The notes under the pieces are model-generated. The model saw nothing but the letters and a program-made list of their open reading frames with translations. It was not told the DNA's origin and did not search any database. Positions 45,986-55,381 of a stretch of DNA of 64,000 nt are shown in pieces (the stretch's first letter is position 1; each line of letters starts with the position of its first letter). This DNA comes from a virus (lineage: Duplodnaviria; Caudoviricetes). The stretch covers positions 1-64,000 of IMG/VR virus record IMGVR_UViG_3300043754_000129, one strand, 5' to 3'. The position numbers and the translations under genes are program-made.

Positions 45986-46871
45986 TTGTCTTCACTCCCG
46001 TAGTGAGATAGGTTTGGTAGCGCAGGAGCAGATCGTTCACCGCGATCGAGACACGCGTGAGCTTGTCCAGGTCGACGATGTAGTGTTCCAGATGCGATTC
46101 AATGATCGCGCGCGGGCTGGCATTGCCGTCGGTGGAGACGAGCGCGCAGCAGATGAGGTTGGCGGCGCACTCGACGTCTTCGAGCGTCGCCACCGTTTCG
46201 CCCGTCAGGTTCATGTAGACGACGAACGGATACCCCACGTCCATGCCTTCATTGAAGTAACGGTCCATGAGGATGAGCACGTTCGTGGTCGGCGCCATCT
46301 TACCATCCTTGAAGCGCAGCGAGGCCTTGAAGTCCTTGAAGGCTTTCACGTACGGACCGCGGTGATCCTCGTGTTCCTTCTCACCTTCCTTGAAGGCGTT
46401 GGCTTGGCTGGCCAGTTCGATGATGCGCACGATGGTCCGCTGGGACACGTCATGCAAATCGACCAACCATTCTTCGGGCGGTGTGGCGGTGCACGAGGCC
46501 AGGATCTCGGCGAGGAGTTCCGTCGGATGGAGCTCGAGTGCAGCACGCTCCAGCACCTTGGCCGGATCATCCGAGGCTTCCACGCTGTGAATGCCGGTGA
46601 GGAAGCGCGTGAGGTGTTCCACCCGAATCTCGGGGTCGACCTCGATACCGAGTTGCTTGAGCACCTGGATCTGATAGTTCCGGGTGGTTTCGTAGACGTT
46701 GTTGGACGTCTCGCCCTGATCGACTGCATCGTCGAGCATGAGCAGCTGGACGAAGTCGCCCTGGTAGTCATCGTTGATGAACAGGTCCAGGCTCGCATGG
46801 GCTTCGCGAATCATCTCGACGAACTCAGGCGAATTCGTGGCGGTCAGCGCACTTTGCAGGATATCGAGCAT
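45972..46871 (-). CDS. conserved phiKZ-like protein (gp79-like)
   Basis: ORF overlapping the RNAP gene start; synteny. Confidence 0.65.
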   Translation of the reverse strand: MLDILQSALTATNSPEFVEMIREAHASLDLFINDDYQGDFVQLLMLDDAVDQGETSNNVYETTRNYQIQVLKQLGIEVDPEIRVEHLTRFLTGIHSVEASDDPAKVLERAALELHPTELLAEILASCTATPPEEWLVDLHDVSQRTIVRIIELASQANAFKEGEKEHEDHRGPYVKAFKDFKASLRFKDGKMAPTTNVLILMDRYFNEGMDVGYPFVVYMNLTGETVATLEDVECAANLICCALVSTDGNASPRAIIESHLEHYIVDLDKLTRVSIAVNDLLLRYQTYLTTGVKTNASS

Positions 46872-47049
46872 GTTTTCTCTGTGATAGTAAAAAATGTATT
46901 TTAATACCGATGTCGCGCATGCTGTAGCGGGATATACCGTTTACATACACTTTCGGTATGTCACGAGTCATCGGGGTCGATAGTCGTAACGTATCAAATG
47001 ATGAATCGAACCAATTGGACCAATTCAAACTAATAGGCAGGGCAGTATC

Positions 47050-47976
47050 ATGACGAAGAAGAGCGCAAGCCGGATCCAACGCGACCGTGTGAAGAAGATG
47101 CAGGCTGACCTCGCTTCGGGCGTGGCCAAGCCGGCTACACCGCGTCAGCACGCGCCTGCAAACATCGGTGCCTTCAAGGCGACCGACGGGGGTTTCAAGT
47201 TGTCACCAGCAGATCGTATCCTGGCTGAATGCCGCCAGGGCCTGGGCCTCGTGCCCGAACAACAGAAGAACACGTGCTGGGACGACCTCACGGGCGTGTA
47301 TCGCGAGTGCACCTCGCTCCTGTTCCAACACACCATGATTTCGCAGCTCCTGACCGACAAGGATCTGCTCCAGTATCTGGACGACCACAATACGTTCAAT
47401 CTGAATGTGAAGCAATTCGCAGCCGACCTCGGCCAGATGAACGTCGAACTCCAGAACCTGCACGCGCTGCACGCTGACAAGGTCGGCGGCACGGACGATC
47501 AGGACCAGCTGATCCACTCGATCAACATCTATGAACAATATCGTTTGTGGATGGAGCGTCACGATGCGGTCGTCAAGCCCGTCGTCATGCAGATCCTCGA
47601 ACAGACCAACGCAGCAGAACTGAAGCGCAATGCAGCCAATCAAGCGGCCGCTGAAGGCATGATTGCCGCTGAAGTCCCGGCTGAAACGGTCGACGCTGGC
47701 GTCCTCGACGTGAACACGATCACGGACGTCGAATTCCGAGATGCCGTGCAAACGGCTGAACCCAACATCGTGCCGGCGCCCAAGCAGTATGGTCGCGGCG
47801 AACAACCTTCGATCATCCATGTGGATGAATCGCCGTTCCAGAAGGAAATTCGTGGCGCCAACAGTCCCATCGCGCACATCGATGAGGCTGCCTTCTTCGC
47901 CCCGGGTCACAAGCCCGAAGGTGAAGCGCATGCCCACCACGGCACGCACCACAAGCACGAACATCACGCTGTCTAA
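47050..47976 (+). CDS. hypothetical protein, helical core with a His-rich C-terminus
   Basis: Strong phage codon usage; ends HAHHGTHHKHEHHAV. Confidence 0.7.
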   Translation: MTKKSASRIQRDRVKKMQADLASGVAKPATPRQHAPANIGAFKATDGGFKLSPADRILAECRQGLGLVPEQQKNTCWDDLTGVYRECTSLLFQHTMISQLLTDKDLLQYLDDHNTFNLNVKQFAADLGQMNVELQNLHALHADKVGGTDDQDQLIHSINIYEQYRLWMERHDAVVKPVVMQILEQTNAAELKRNAANQAAAEGMIAAEVPAETVDAGVLDVNTITDVEFRDAVQTAEPNIVPAPKQYGRGEQPSIIHVDESPFQKEIRGANSPIAHIDEAAFFAPGHKPEGEAHAHHGTHHKHEHHAV

Positions 47977-47996
47977 CAAGAACGGACCACAGCACA

Positions 47997-49580
47997 ATGA
48001 CTCAAGAGAACCAAGGTCTTTCAACCGATCTCGTGTTGGAAGACGACGGCTCGGTGGCGGGGCAACCCGCCCAGAACGGGGGCTTCGATGTTGTCCCCGA
48101 AGATACCGTAGCTGCCCCGGTGGAAGTGGCAGCAGAAGCAGCACAGAAAGCCGGCGATGAAAAGGCGGAATCGCAAGAGAGTGGCATTGGCTACCTCCCG
48201 CCGTCGGCAACCACGCAACAAGATCACGAGGTCTTCGCGGGCCTCGGCAAGGACTGGGAAGACGGCGATGTGACCATCGTCGGGATGGCGGACACGCGGG
48301 ATCGTACGCGTGACGCTATCAACGGTTTGCCCAACGTCGATCCGACCAGCACGGAAGCGGGTCGCGAGTGGGCCGGCTACATGCAAGAGTCGCTCAACTC
48401 GGTGCCGGCCCGTGACCAGTGGCGTTCCTCGTTGGACCGTGACGGTTCGGCCTGGCGTCAGCAAGTCGACTCCGAGCGCGGCCCGCTGCGCATGGGTGCT
48501 CTCTCCTTCGGTAACAACGACAGCGGCGTGCTGTCGGGTGAAAAGGCTGTGCTGCGCATTCGTGCGCAAGTCGGTCTGGGCCACGTCATTCAAGTGCCCC
48601 TCTGGCACTCGGGTTTCTGGGTCTCGGTGAAGGCGCCGTCGGATTCGGCCATGATCGAACTCAATCGTCGTTTGCTCGACGAGAAGGTGGTCGTGGGTCG
48701 GACGACGAACGGTCTGGCCTTTGCCAACACCTCGTCCTATATCTCGCAGGTGCTGCTCGACTTCGTGATGGATTACATCTACGACACGACGCTGCAAGAG
48801 AAGGACAAGAACGTGATCCGTTCGATGATCCAGTCGCATGATCTGCCGCTCCTCGAATGGGGTCTGGCCTGTGCAGTCTGGCCGCGTGGCTTCCAATACG
48901 CGCGTCCTTACATCGATCCGATCAACAGCGCCGAGAAGATCATCAAGGGCAAGCTGATGGTCAGCAAGCTCGTGTGGACGGACACCAAGGCGTTCACGTC
49001 GTGGCAAGTCGGTCACATGGCCAACAAGGTCAGCGGCTCGATGTCGACCGAAATGGTCAAGCGTTATCGTTCGGAATTCACGATCGGTCAAGCGCGTCGC
49101 ATCGACCTGGCCTCGAACCTGGCGATCACGCTGAAGGTGCCCAACGTCGTCGACTATGTCAACGCCGGTACGCGCTGGGTGGCCGAGATCACGCAGACGG
49201 TGGATGCGGCGTTTGCCGAACCGCCGGAAGACAATCGTCGTGCCAACCTGATCGTGCAACACGGTCAAGCCACGGCGATGCGTCAGTACACGCACTGGGT
49301 GGAAGCAATTCACTCGGGCAACGCGAGCATCGTCGATTCGGAAACGATCGAGAACGTGCTCAACGATCTGTCGGCAGACGACGACATCCGGACGAAGTTC
49401 TTCGACGAAGTGCGCAAGTACATCGACGACACGACCATCGCCCTGATCGGTACGCCGGCGGCTGAACACGAGAAGGCGGACACGCTGCCGCGCTTCCCGC
49501 ACGTGCTGCCGATGAACGTCGAGCACACTTTTTTTACCCTGCTCGAGCAGAAGGTGATGCGGATCAGCCAGCGCATCTAA
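47997..49580 (+). CDS. conserved phiKZ-like core protein (gp77-like)
   Basis: G....VPLWHSGFW, D...L.WG.A...WP.GF and Y.HWV motifs; synteny. Confidence 0.7.
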   Translation: MTQENQGLSTDLVLEDDGSVAGQPAQNGGFDVVPEDTVAAPVEVAAEAAQKAGDEKAESQESGIGYLPPSATTQQDHEVFAGLGKDWEDGDVTIVGMADTRDRTRDAINGLPNVDPTSTEAGREWAGYMQESLNSVPARDQWRSSLDRDGSAWRQQVDSERGPLRMGALSFGNNDSGVLSGEKAVLRIRAQVGLGHVIQVPLWHSGFWVSVKAPSDSAMIELNRRLLDEKVVVGRTTNGLAFANTSSYISQVLLDFVMDYIYDTTLQEKDKNVIRSMIQSHDLPLLEWGLACAVWPRGFQYARPYIDPINSAEKIIKGKLMVSKLVWTDTKAFTSWQVGHMANKVSGSMSTEMVKRYRSEFTIGQARRIDLASNLAITLKVPNVVDYVNAGTRWVAEITQTVDAAFAEPPEDNRRANLIVQHGQATAMRQYTHWVEAIHSGNASIVDSETIENVLNDLSADDDIRTKFFDEVRKYIDDTTIALIGTPAAEHEKADTLPRFPHVLPMNVEHTFFTLLEQKVMRISQRI

Positions 49581-49594
49581 AGTTAAGGCACGTC

Positions 49595-50023
49595 GTGCAG
49601 CCCGACTTCGGGGCACATGTTCCGGAGGATAACCTCCTGCGGAAAGTGATTGAGACTGGACCCGTGGTGAAGAACTCATCCGATCTCCAGTTGATGCTGC
49701 GCGACATGTACGAGACGACGTACGGCATTTACGATCACAACAAGGATCGCGATGAGGACTTGCTGAGTCTCGTTGAGATTCGAGAAAGTGAAGACGCGAG
49801 TGTCGGCGGCCATCTGTACGAGCGGATTCGGCAATACGACAAACGTGAAATCCTGAAGTTCTTTGGATTGGACGTGACCCAATTCCTGGACCTACCGACG
49901 GACATTGCGAACTATCTGGTGGAGCTGTCTCTCCAGAAGCAAGCGAGTAACCACAACGTAGCCCGGGATGCGGAACAACAGGTTCAGCAACAGCTGGGCC
50001 TCTTTGATAATCAACCTGTTTGA
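49595..50023 (+). CDS. conserved small protein (FGL...QFLDLP motif)
   Basis: ORF directly after the gp77-like gene; start codon uncertain. Confidence 0.55.
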   Translation: MQPDFGAHVPEDNLLRKVIETGPVVKNSSDLQLMLRDMYETTYGIYDHNKDRDEDLLSLVEIRESEDASVGGHLYERIRQYDKREILKFFGLDVTQFLDLPTDIANYLVELSLQKQASNHNVARDAEQQVQQQLGLFDNQPV

Positions 50024-50042
50024 TTACTGAGCGGAGGATGGC

Positions 50043-50504
50043 ATGATCGTAACAACGCAAGTGGAAGACATCTTGACGTCCCCTGCTCAGACTCTCATTC
50101 TGCCGTGTAACACGGTGGGAGCGCTTGGTGCAGGCCTTGCCAAGAAGTTCAAAGAGAAGTGGCCAGAGATTGAATGGCCGTATAAGTATCAGTGCCAGAC
50201 GTTCCAGTTGGAATCGAATGGCCTGTATTGCTATCGACTGAAGACCAAGCTGCCCAAGCAGATTCTGTTCTTCCCAACCAAGAAGCACTGGAAACATCCC
50301 TCGAAGTTGCACTACATCGAGAAAGGACTTCTGAAGTTGGTGAAGGACTATGAGCGGTATGGGATCACGTCGTTGGCAGTGCCTATGCTCGGTTGCGGGC
50401 TTGGGCAATTGGAATGGGAAGATGTGTATCCGATGATCTTGGAGCACTTGGACCCGTTGCCAATTCCGGTGCGCATTTGTTTGTCGCCGGAGAAGCAATG
50501 GTAG
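50043..50504 (+). CDS. macrodomain protein, DarG-like ADP-ribosyl glycohydrolase
   Basis: PCNTVGALGAGLAK.FK, ILFFPTK.HW..PS...YIE.GL and SLAVP.LGCGLG.L.W. Confidence 0.9.
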   Translation: MIVTTQVEDILTSPAQTLILPCNTVGALGAGLAKKFKEKWPEIEWPYKYQCQTFQLESNGLYCYRLKTKLPKQILFFPTKKHWKHPSKLHYIEKGLLKLVKDYERYGITSLAVPMLGCGLGQLEWEDVYPMILEHLDPLPIPVRICLSPEKQW

Positions 50505-50572
50505 TACGGTAGGACCTTAATGGTGGGGGTGGTGGGATTCGAAACTTTTCCATCCACATTAAGGGTTTCGAA

Positions 50573-51139
50573 ATGAAGAAGATTGTCTCGCTGTTTTGCC
50601 GTAACTGGGAAGTACGTGAAGCCGACGGTGGTCACCTGGTCAAGAACGAGGTGATGGCAGAAGCGGAATGGGTCGTGAAGGGAGAGGGTGTCGCCACTCG
50701 TAAGTGGGACGGTGTCGCGGTGCTGGTTCAGGACGGGCGCGTGTTCATGCGCTTTGATCTGAAGTCGGGACGCCAAGTGCCTGAAGGTTTTCTCCCGGCT
50801 CAGGATGCTCCGGATCCCAAGACTGGCCACTGGCCGGGCTGGGTGCCTGCTGATACGCCGGCTGGCAAGTACGTCATGGAAGCGGTGAACAAGGCGGGCG
50901 TGGTAGCTGACGGAACGTACGAAGTGTGTGGGCCGAAGATTGGGACGCGTCATGGCGCCAATCCCGAGAAGCTGTCGGAACACGTTCTGATCCCGCATGG
51001 GAAGGATGTGATCGATGACTGTCCGCGCACCTTTGACGAACTGAAGGCGTACCTGCAAGCACGCACGATTGAAGGCATCGTCTGGCATCACCCTGATGGC
51101 CGGATGGTGAAGATCAAGAAGGCGGACTTCCCGCTGTAA
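50573..51139 (+). CDS. ATP-dependent RNA ligase-like protein (DUF5565-like)
   Basis: Motif I RKWDG, GHWPGW, GTYE..GPKI, IEGIVWHH.DGRM.KIK. Confidence 0.75.
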   Translation: MKKIVSLFCRNWEVREADGGHLVKNEVMAEAEWVVKGEGVATRKWDGVAVLVQDGRVFMRFDLKSGRQVPEGFLPAQDAPDPKTGHWPGWVPADTPAGKYVMEAVNKAGVVADGTYEVCGPKIGTRHGANPEKLSEHVLIPHGKDVIDDCPRTFDELKAYLQARTIEGIVWHHPDGRMVKIKKADFPL

Positions 51140-51159
51140 AGAAGCAAAAAAAGAAGGAA

Positions 51160-51196
51160 GCATAAGCGCCCCGGGTTTCCCCGGGGCTTTATGCCG
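51160..51196. terminator. bidirectional terminator with GCATAA...TTTATGCCG arms
   Basis: Between convergent genes; stem GCCCCGGG/CCCGGGGC. Confidence 0.75.
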
Positions 51197-51201
51197 TTGG
51201 C

Positions 51202-51609
51202 TTATTCAGCCAGCAACTGCTCGAGCGTTACCGCTCCGCCGTTTCCTTCGGGCTCCTCGTACTGACGCATCGGGTAGCCCTTCGGTACAACGTGCAACGG
51301 CTCGCTACGGTCGTAGCACTTACCGCTCCAGTCCCACGACCAGGACATGTCACAGAAGGCCGCCATGCCGTTCTCCGGGCCTGCGTAACGGAAGACCGGA
51401 ATCCATTCCTCCGTCTCCCGCACGTAACGCCACTGGCTTTCCGACGCGCCCGGAACAGCCAGGAATTCCTCCGGCTGCAAATGGGTGTTTTGGATTACCA
51501 CTTGACGCCCAGCGATTTCACCCATAAGGCATTCGCTGTCACGCAGGTAGAGAGTTTGAATCTCTGCGAGCGTGTACACCTGCCCTGCCTTCGGATAAAT
51601 CTTTGTCAT
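51202..51609 (-). CDS. hypothetical protein
   Basis: AAGGAGG RBS; follows the chimallin-like gene. Confidence 0.65.
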   Translation of the reverse strand: MTKIYPKAGQVYTLAEIQTLYLRDSECLMGEIAGRQVVIQNTHLQPEEFLAVPGASESQWRYVRETEEWIPVFRYAGPENGMAAFCDMSWSWDWSGKCYDRSEPLHVVPKGYPMRQYEEPEGNGGAVTLEQLLAE

Positions 51610-51633
51610 GTTTGGCCTCCTTGCCTGATGACG

Positions 51634-53364
51634 TTAATTCCAGCGATCGAAGCCCGAACGCGGGCCCGGACCGTAAGACTGACCTTGAAACGGTTGACGG
51701 AAGAGTCCGCTTTCTTGTGCACCCATCGCTGCTTGCGAAGCGAACGGGTAGTCCGGCGTCCACGCCTGCGGCTTTTGCGGCACCCGCACCGCGAAGCCTG
51801 CATCACGCAGACCGTTACGCAGTGCATTGATGAAGCTCGCACCGAACGACACACGCGTGGCGATGTCCGTGAACTGCACCTTCCCGAGCAGGCCACGGAT
51901 CATGTCCTTGCGTTTGGCAAGCCGGACCGGCTCCGGGATCGACAGGTTCATGTAGGTCGCTGCCCAGTCTTCACTCAGACGGGGGTCACGGCCATACGTG
52001 AGCGCAGTCACCAACAACTGGTCCACATCCCGCACATCACGATGACTTCCATCGCGGTCGGCGTAGTAGCCCAACGGAATCGGATTGTTCTCCGTGAAGA
52101 CAACCTGATCGTGGCCGTTGAAGTAGTTGTTGAAACGCCCGGCACACAGGTGCTGCGCGGTGTGCAGGATGTGACTGCGTGCGGCTTCCGAACCATGGGC
52201 GGCAGCGGCCCAGACTTCGGTACGCCACGTGTCTGCCCCGGCATTGGCGATGTCCATCGAGAACACGAGGTTCGGACGGATGATGTCACGCAGCTTCTGC
52301 GCCATTTCATCCGGTTCCGCGATCACCCGGGGGAAGTCCGGCAGCAAGGCTTCCAGCCGGCTCGTGCGGGTGAGGTCCATGTTCGGATTCACCAGCGCAT
52401 CGTACCAGCTGTTGTTTTCGGTGAGCGTGCTGGCCATGCCGATCATGAGCAGCTGCATCGAGAGCAGATCCGGCGCATTGCGACCCGGCTGGATCTGGGT
52501 GATCACGAAACGCGGAATGTACTTCTTTTCCGGCATCGCAATCAGATCGACGAAGCCGCTCACTTCCCCGACTTCCTCCTCACGGTTGGTCGGCTGACCC
52601 GGCAGCTGACGGGCAGCGGCCGCGAGGGTGAGTGTCACATCGCGCCGCACCGGCTGGCCGAACGAGTCGACAGCATGCGCAACCTGCGTCGACAGGTAGT
52701 CCGTACGCAACGAGTACACGCCGCGATCTTCGATGTCGCCCAGACAGATTTCGTTCGGACCATCCGTCTGATCGACCAACGCCGTGGTGGCCGCCATCGC
52801 GATGTTGTACGCCACGCGATTGAAGATCAGCGGGTCTTCCAGATTCAGACCGCGGAAGAGCACGCAGGGGGCGGCGTCGAAGAACGTCGTGTTGGGCAGC
52901 TTGTTGGCGAGCACTTCACGGACGATGGTCTGGTAGGTGCGATCGTACACTTCGCCAAGCGAGCGCTCGGTCTCGATACGCAGGCCCTGGTAGTTGATGG
53001 AGTCGGTGCGGGTTTGCAGGATGGACTCTTCCGTCTCGATCATCACGAGTTGGTAGCCCATGCCAGCTTCAGGCTTGTCGCTCTTCATCGCCAGAACAGC
53101 CAAGGCGGGCACGAGGAGGTGCTCATGCGTGATGGGTATCAGCGTGAACACGAAGTCCGTGCTGGCCTTCTCCAGGGCCTTAGCGAGCAGGTTCTGGAAC
53201 TTCTCGAGTTCCGGGTGGCTCGGCTTGAGCGACTCGAACAGACCGCTGCGCGCATCGAAGAACGAACGCGGGCCACGGGTCTTCTTGTCGCCCTCTTCAC
53301 GGGCACGACGGAATGCATCACCCATGCCGGCCGGATCTGCGCTGTGGTTTTCGTTGATTGCCAT
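51634..53364 (-). CDS. chmA: chimallin (phage nucleus shell protein) homolog
   Basis: Colinear motif matches to the 201phi2-1 gp105 sequence as recalled: DSFGQPVRRDV ~ DTVGNPIRADI; NLVFSMDI ~ NPVFQIDL; GRFNNYFN ~ GGFERFFD; IPLGYY.DRDG.HRDVRDVD ~ IDLGNWFDGDEKRDRRDLD; FINAL...L.DAG ~ FIEAL...L.EAG; Gly/Phe/Gln-rich C-terminal segments. Confidence 0.85.
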   Translation of the reverse strand: MAINENHSADPAGMGDAFRRAREEGDKKTRGPRSFFDARSGLFESLKPSHPELEKFQNLLAKALEKASTDFVFTLIPITHEHLLVPALAVLAMKSDKPEAGMGYQLVMIETEESILQTRTDSINYQGLRIETERSLGEVYDRTYQTIVREVLANKLPNTTFFDAAPCVLFRGLNLEDPLIFNRVAYNIAMAATTALVDQTDGPNEICLGDIEDRGVYSLRTDYLSTQVAHAVDSFGQPVRRDVTLTLAAAARQLPGQPTNREEEVGEVSGFVDLIAMPEKKYIPRFVITQIQPGRNAPDLLSMQLLMIGMASTLTENNSWYDALVNPNMDLTRTSRLEALLPDFPRVIAEPDEMAQKLRDIIRPNLVFSMDIANAGADTWRTEVWAAAAHGSEAARSHILHTAQHLCAGRFNNYFNGHDQVVFTENNPIPLGYYADRDGSHRDVRDVDQLLVTALTYGRDPRLSEDWAATYMNLSIPEPVRLAKRKDMIRGLLGKVQFTDIATRVSFGASFINALRNGLRDAGFAVRVPQKPQAWTPDYPFASQAAMGAQESGLFRQPFQGQSYGPGPRSGFDRWN

Positions 53365-53396
53365 GTGGAATTCTCCTTGGTTTGCTGTTGGTGGTT

Positions 53397-54116
53397 TTAA
53401 CGCGGGGTGAGCACTTCGTTGGGGTAACGCTCACTGTGATCGACTTTGCCTTCTGCGTAGGCAATACCGAAGGCCGTGACGCGGATCTCCTCGCCGCACG
53501 GGTTGGTATCGTCATCGCAGACTTGCGGAGTCGGCTCGAGCGTGCCCGGGTAGAAACGCTCGATCCACAGACGACGGTTGCAGTCGCAGGAGAAGTTGTT
53601 TTCCTCCCAGTCGAAGATCACCGTGTCGAGCGGATAGCCGTAGCTGTACTCCTTGCGCACGTCGTACTCTTTGCCCTTGTACTTGAGCGTCACAAGGGCT
53701 ACGGGGCGCTTGGTGACGTTCTCGCCTTCACGCTCATCGAGCTTCAGGTCGGGCTTGACGAGCGGCGCCAGCAGCTGTTTAATGCGGTCCTTGTAGACAT
53801 CACGCTCTTCCTTCGTATCGAAGGCGCGCACGTACACTTCCTTGCCGTACTCGATGCCGTTGGGTTCGCCCATCTGCTTGCGGAAGATGGCGAGCTCAAT
53901 CACTTCCCCGGAGATCACGAGGCCGTAACCAGCCTTCTCCGGGATCTTGTCATCGTTGTACGGACACTGCTGGTGCATCTTCGCCCAGAGCTGCTCTTCC
54001 GTGAGTTCGGCAGGCGGCTTCTTGATCCCTTCGACCGCCTCATGAGCGGCGTGAGCGATCATCTTGCCGTAGGGCGTGGTGTCGAGGAAATTGAAACCGT
54101 TGTAACCGTTCTTCAT
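53397..54116 (-). CDS. hypothetical protein with a W..NNFSCDCNR motif
   Basis: C-terminal Cys cluster (SCDCNR...C...CG) suggests metal binding. Confidence 0.7.
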   Translation of the reverse strand: MKNGYNGFNFLDTTPYGKMIAHAAHEAVEGIKKPPAELTEEQLWAKMHQQCPYNDDKIPEKAGYGLVISGEVIELAIFRKQMGEPNGIEYGKEVYVRAFDTKEERDVYKDRIKQLLAPLVKPDLKLDEREGENVTKRPVALVTLKYKGKEYDVRKEYSYGYPLDTVIFDWEENNFSCDCNRRLWIERFYPGTLEPTPQVCDDDTNPCGEEIRVTAFGIAYAEGKVDHSERYPNEVLTPR

Positions 54117-54151
54117 GCTACTACTCCTTCGTTTGATGTTTTAAGCAGGGC

Positions 54152-54355
54152 TTACCACCAGCGGTAGTTGCCCTGATTCGGCTTGTGCTGTTTGTTATCC
54201 AGAACGCAGACGGGCACACCGCCTGCCTTCTTGCGCGAGGTCCAGCTTTCGCGCGGTTGGAAGTGCGGAGTAGAGTGGGCCACCCGACGCTTCGAGAGTT
54301 CCACCTTCTTCTTTTGCAGGCGGCGCTGTTTAGGCGTCTGTTGGTAGTTCTTCAC
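54152..54355 (-). CDS. small basic protein
   Basis: GTG start after a TAAGGAG RBS; Lys/Arg-rich. Confidence 0.55.
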   Translation of the reverse strand: MKNYQQTPKQRRLQKKKVELSKRRVAHSTPHFQPRESWTSRKKAGGVPVCVLDNKQHKPNQGNYRWW

Positions 54356-54364
54356 AGTGACTCC

Positions 54365-54706
54365 TTAGAAGCCGAGCGAGCGCTTCGCGTCTTCGATGGT
54401 TTCGGCGCCGATGTCGTAGGTGACCAGGCGGGCGTTCGTGCAGTAGAGCGTACCGCGCACAATCTCTTCATTCTCGGTGCCGCGCGGGTCGGTGGCACGA
54501 CCGACATACTTCGGGTCACTCACCTTCGACACGAGGTAGACCACCTTCTTGGTGAGGGTGTCGAGCTTCATGTCGAGGACCTTCACGGGCTGGTGCGCAT
54601 GGGTGGCGCCAGTCCAATCACAATCCATCGGGTTACCGAATTGGCAGGTGGTCGTGTCGCCAACGAGGAGGTCGCCAGCGGGCATGTTCTTGATGGTCGA
54701 GTTCAT
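54365..54706 (-). CDS. 113-aa protein (paralog family B)
   Basis: AACCAAGGAG leader; similar to 55784..56125. Confidence 0.7.
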   Translation of the reverse strand: MNSTIKNMPAGDLLVGDTTTCQFGNPMDCDWTGATHAHQPVKVLDMKLDTLTKKVVYLVSKVSDPKYVGRATDPRGTENEEIVRGTLYCTNARLVTYDIGAETIEDAKRSLGF

Positions 54707-54749
54707 GGATTACTACTCCTTGGTTTGAAGTTATAGACTACAAAGAAAA

Positions 54750-54778
54750 GGCATACTGGCCTGGGACGTACCCAGGCC
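54750..54778 (-). terminator. hairpin + TATGCC element
   Basis: GGCCTGGG/CCCAGGCC stem, then AGTATGCCTTTTCTTT on the minus strand. Confidence 0.65.
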
Positions 54779-54787
54779 GGTAGGTCT

Positions 54788-55303
54788 TTAGTGGACGGTG
54801 TGGTTGCCTTCAACGACGAAACGCGGACGACGGGGCTGCGGAGCACGCGGCGCGTAGTTGGGGACATCAGCCACGGGCTGGCAGATCATGCCCTTGTCAT
54901 CATCACCGACGACCTGGACATGCACACCCTTGTCACCGGCTGCGTTGGTGACCGAGAACTTCTTTTCCAGACTCGCTTGCCACATACGGTCAGCTTTGAG
55001 CGGATCGGGTGCCGGTTCATTGCGCGCTTCGCGTGCTTTCGCGATTTCCTCTTGCGTCGGCACGCTGTCCGGGAAGAGCTTGTCTGCCTGAGTCGTGATC
55101 GTCTCCCAGAGCTTCTGGATCATCTTGACTTCTTCGATGAGTTCGGATTTGGGGACGCCGAACACGAGCTTGACCTTCAGGGCGGCAATGACTGCCATAT
55201 GCAGGCTGCATGCCACGCGCATGGCTTCTTCGGTGTCGGGAGGGTTGTCGACCACGAATTGCATCATTGCGAGGCTTGCTTTCTTTTCTTGTTGCTGATC
55301 CAT
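54788..55303 (-). CDS. hypothetical protein (paralog family C, VDNPPD motif)
   Basis: AACCAAGGAG leader; similar to 58153..58449. Confidence 0.7.
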   Translation of the reverse strand: MDQQQEKKASLAMMQFVVDNPPDTEEAMRVACSLHMAVIAALKVKLVFGVPKSELIEEVKMIQKLWETITTQADKLFPDSVPTQEEIAKAREARNEPAPDPLKADRMWQASLEKKFSVTNAAGDKGVHVQVVGDDDKGMICQPVADVPNYAPRAPQPRRPRFVVEGNHTVH

Positions 55304-55381
55304 TACGTACTCCTTGGTTTGTTGGTTATGACTGCGAAGACCTACTGACCTGGAGTTGCCCCCAGGCCGCTAGATCCTAGC

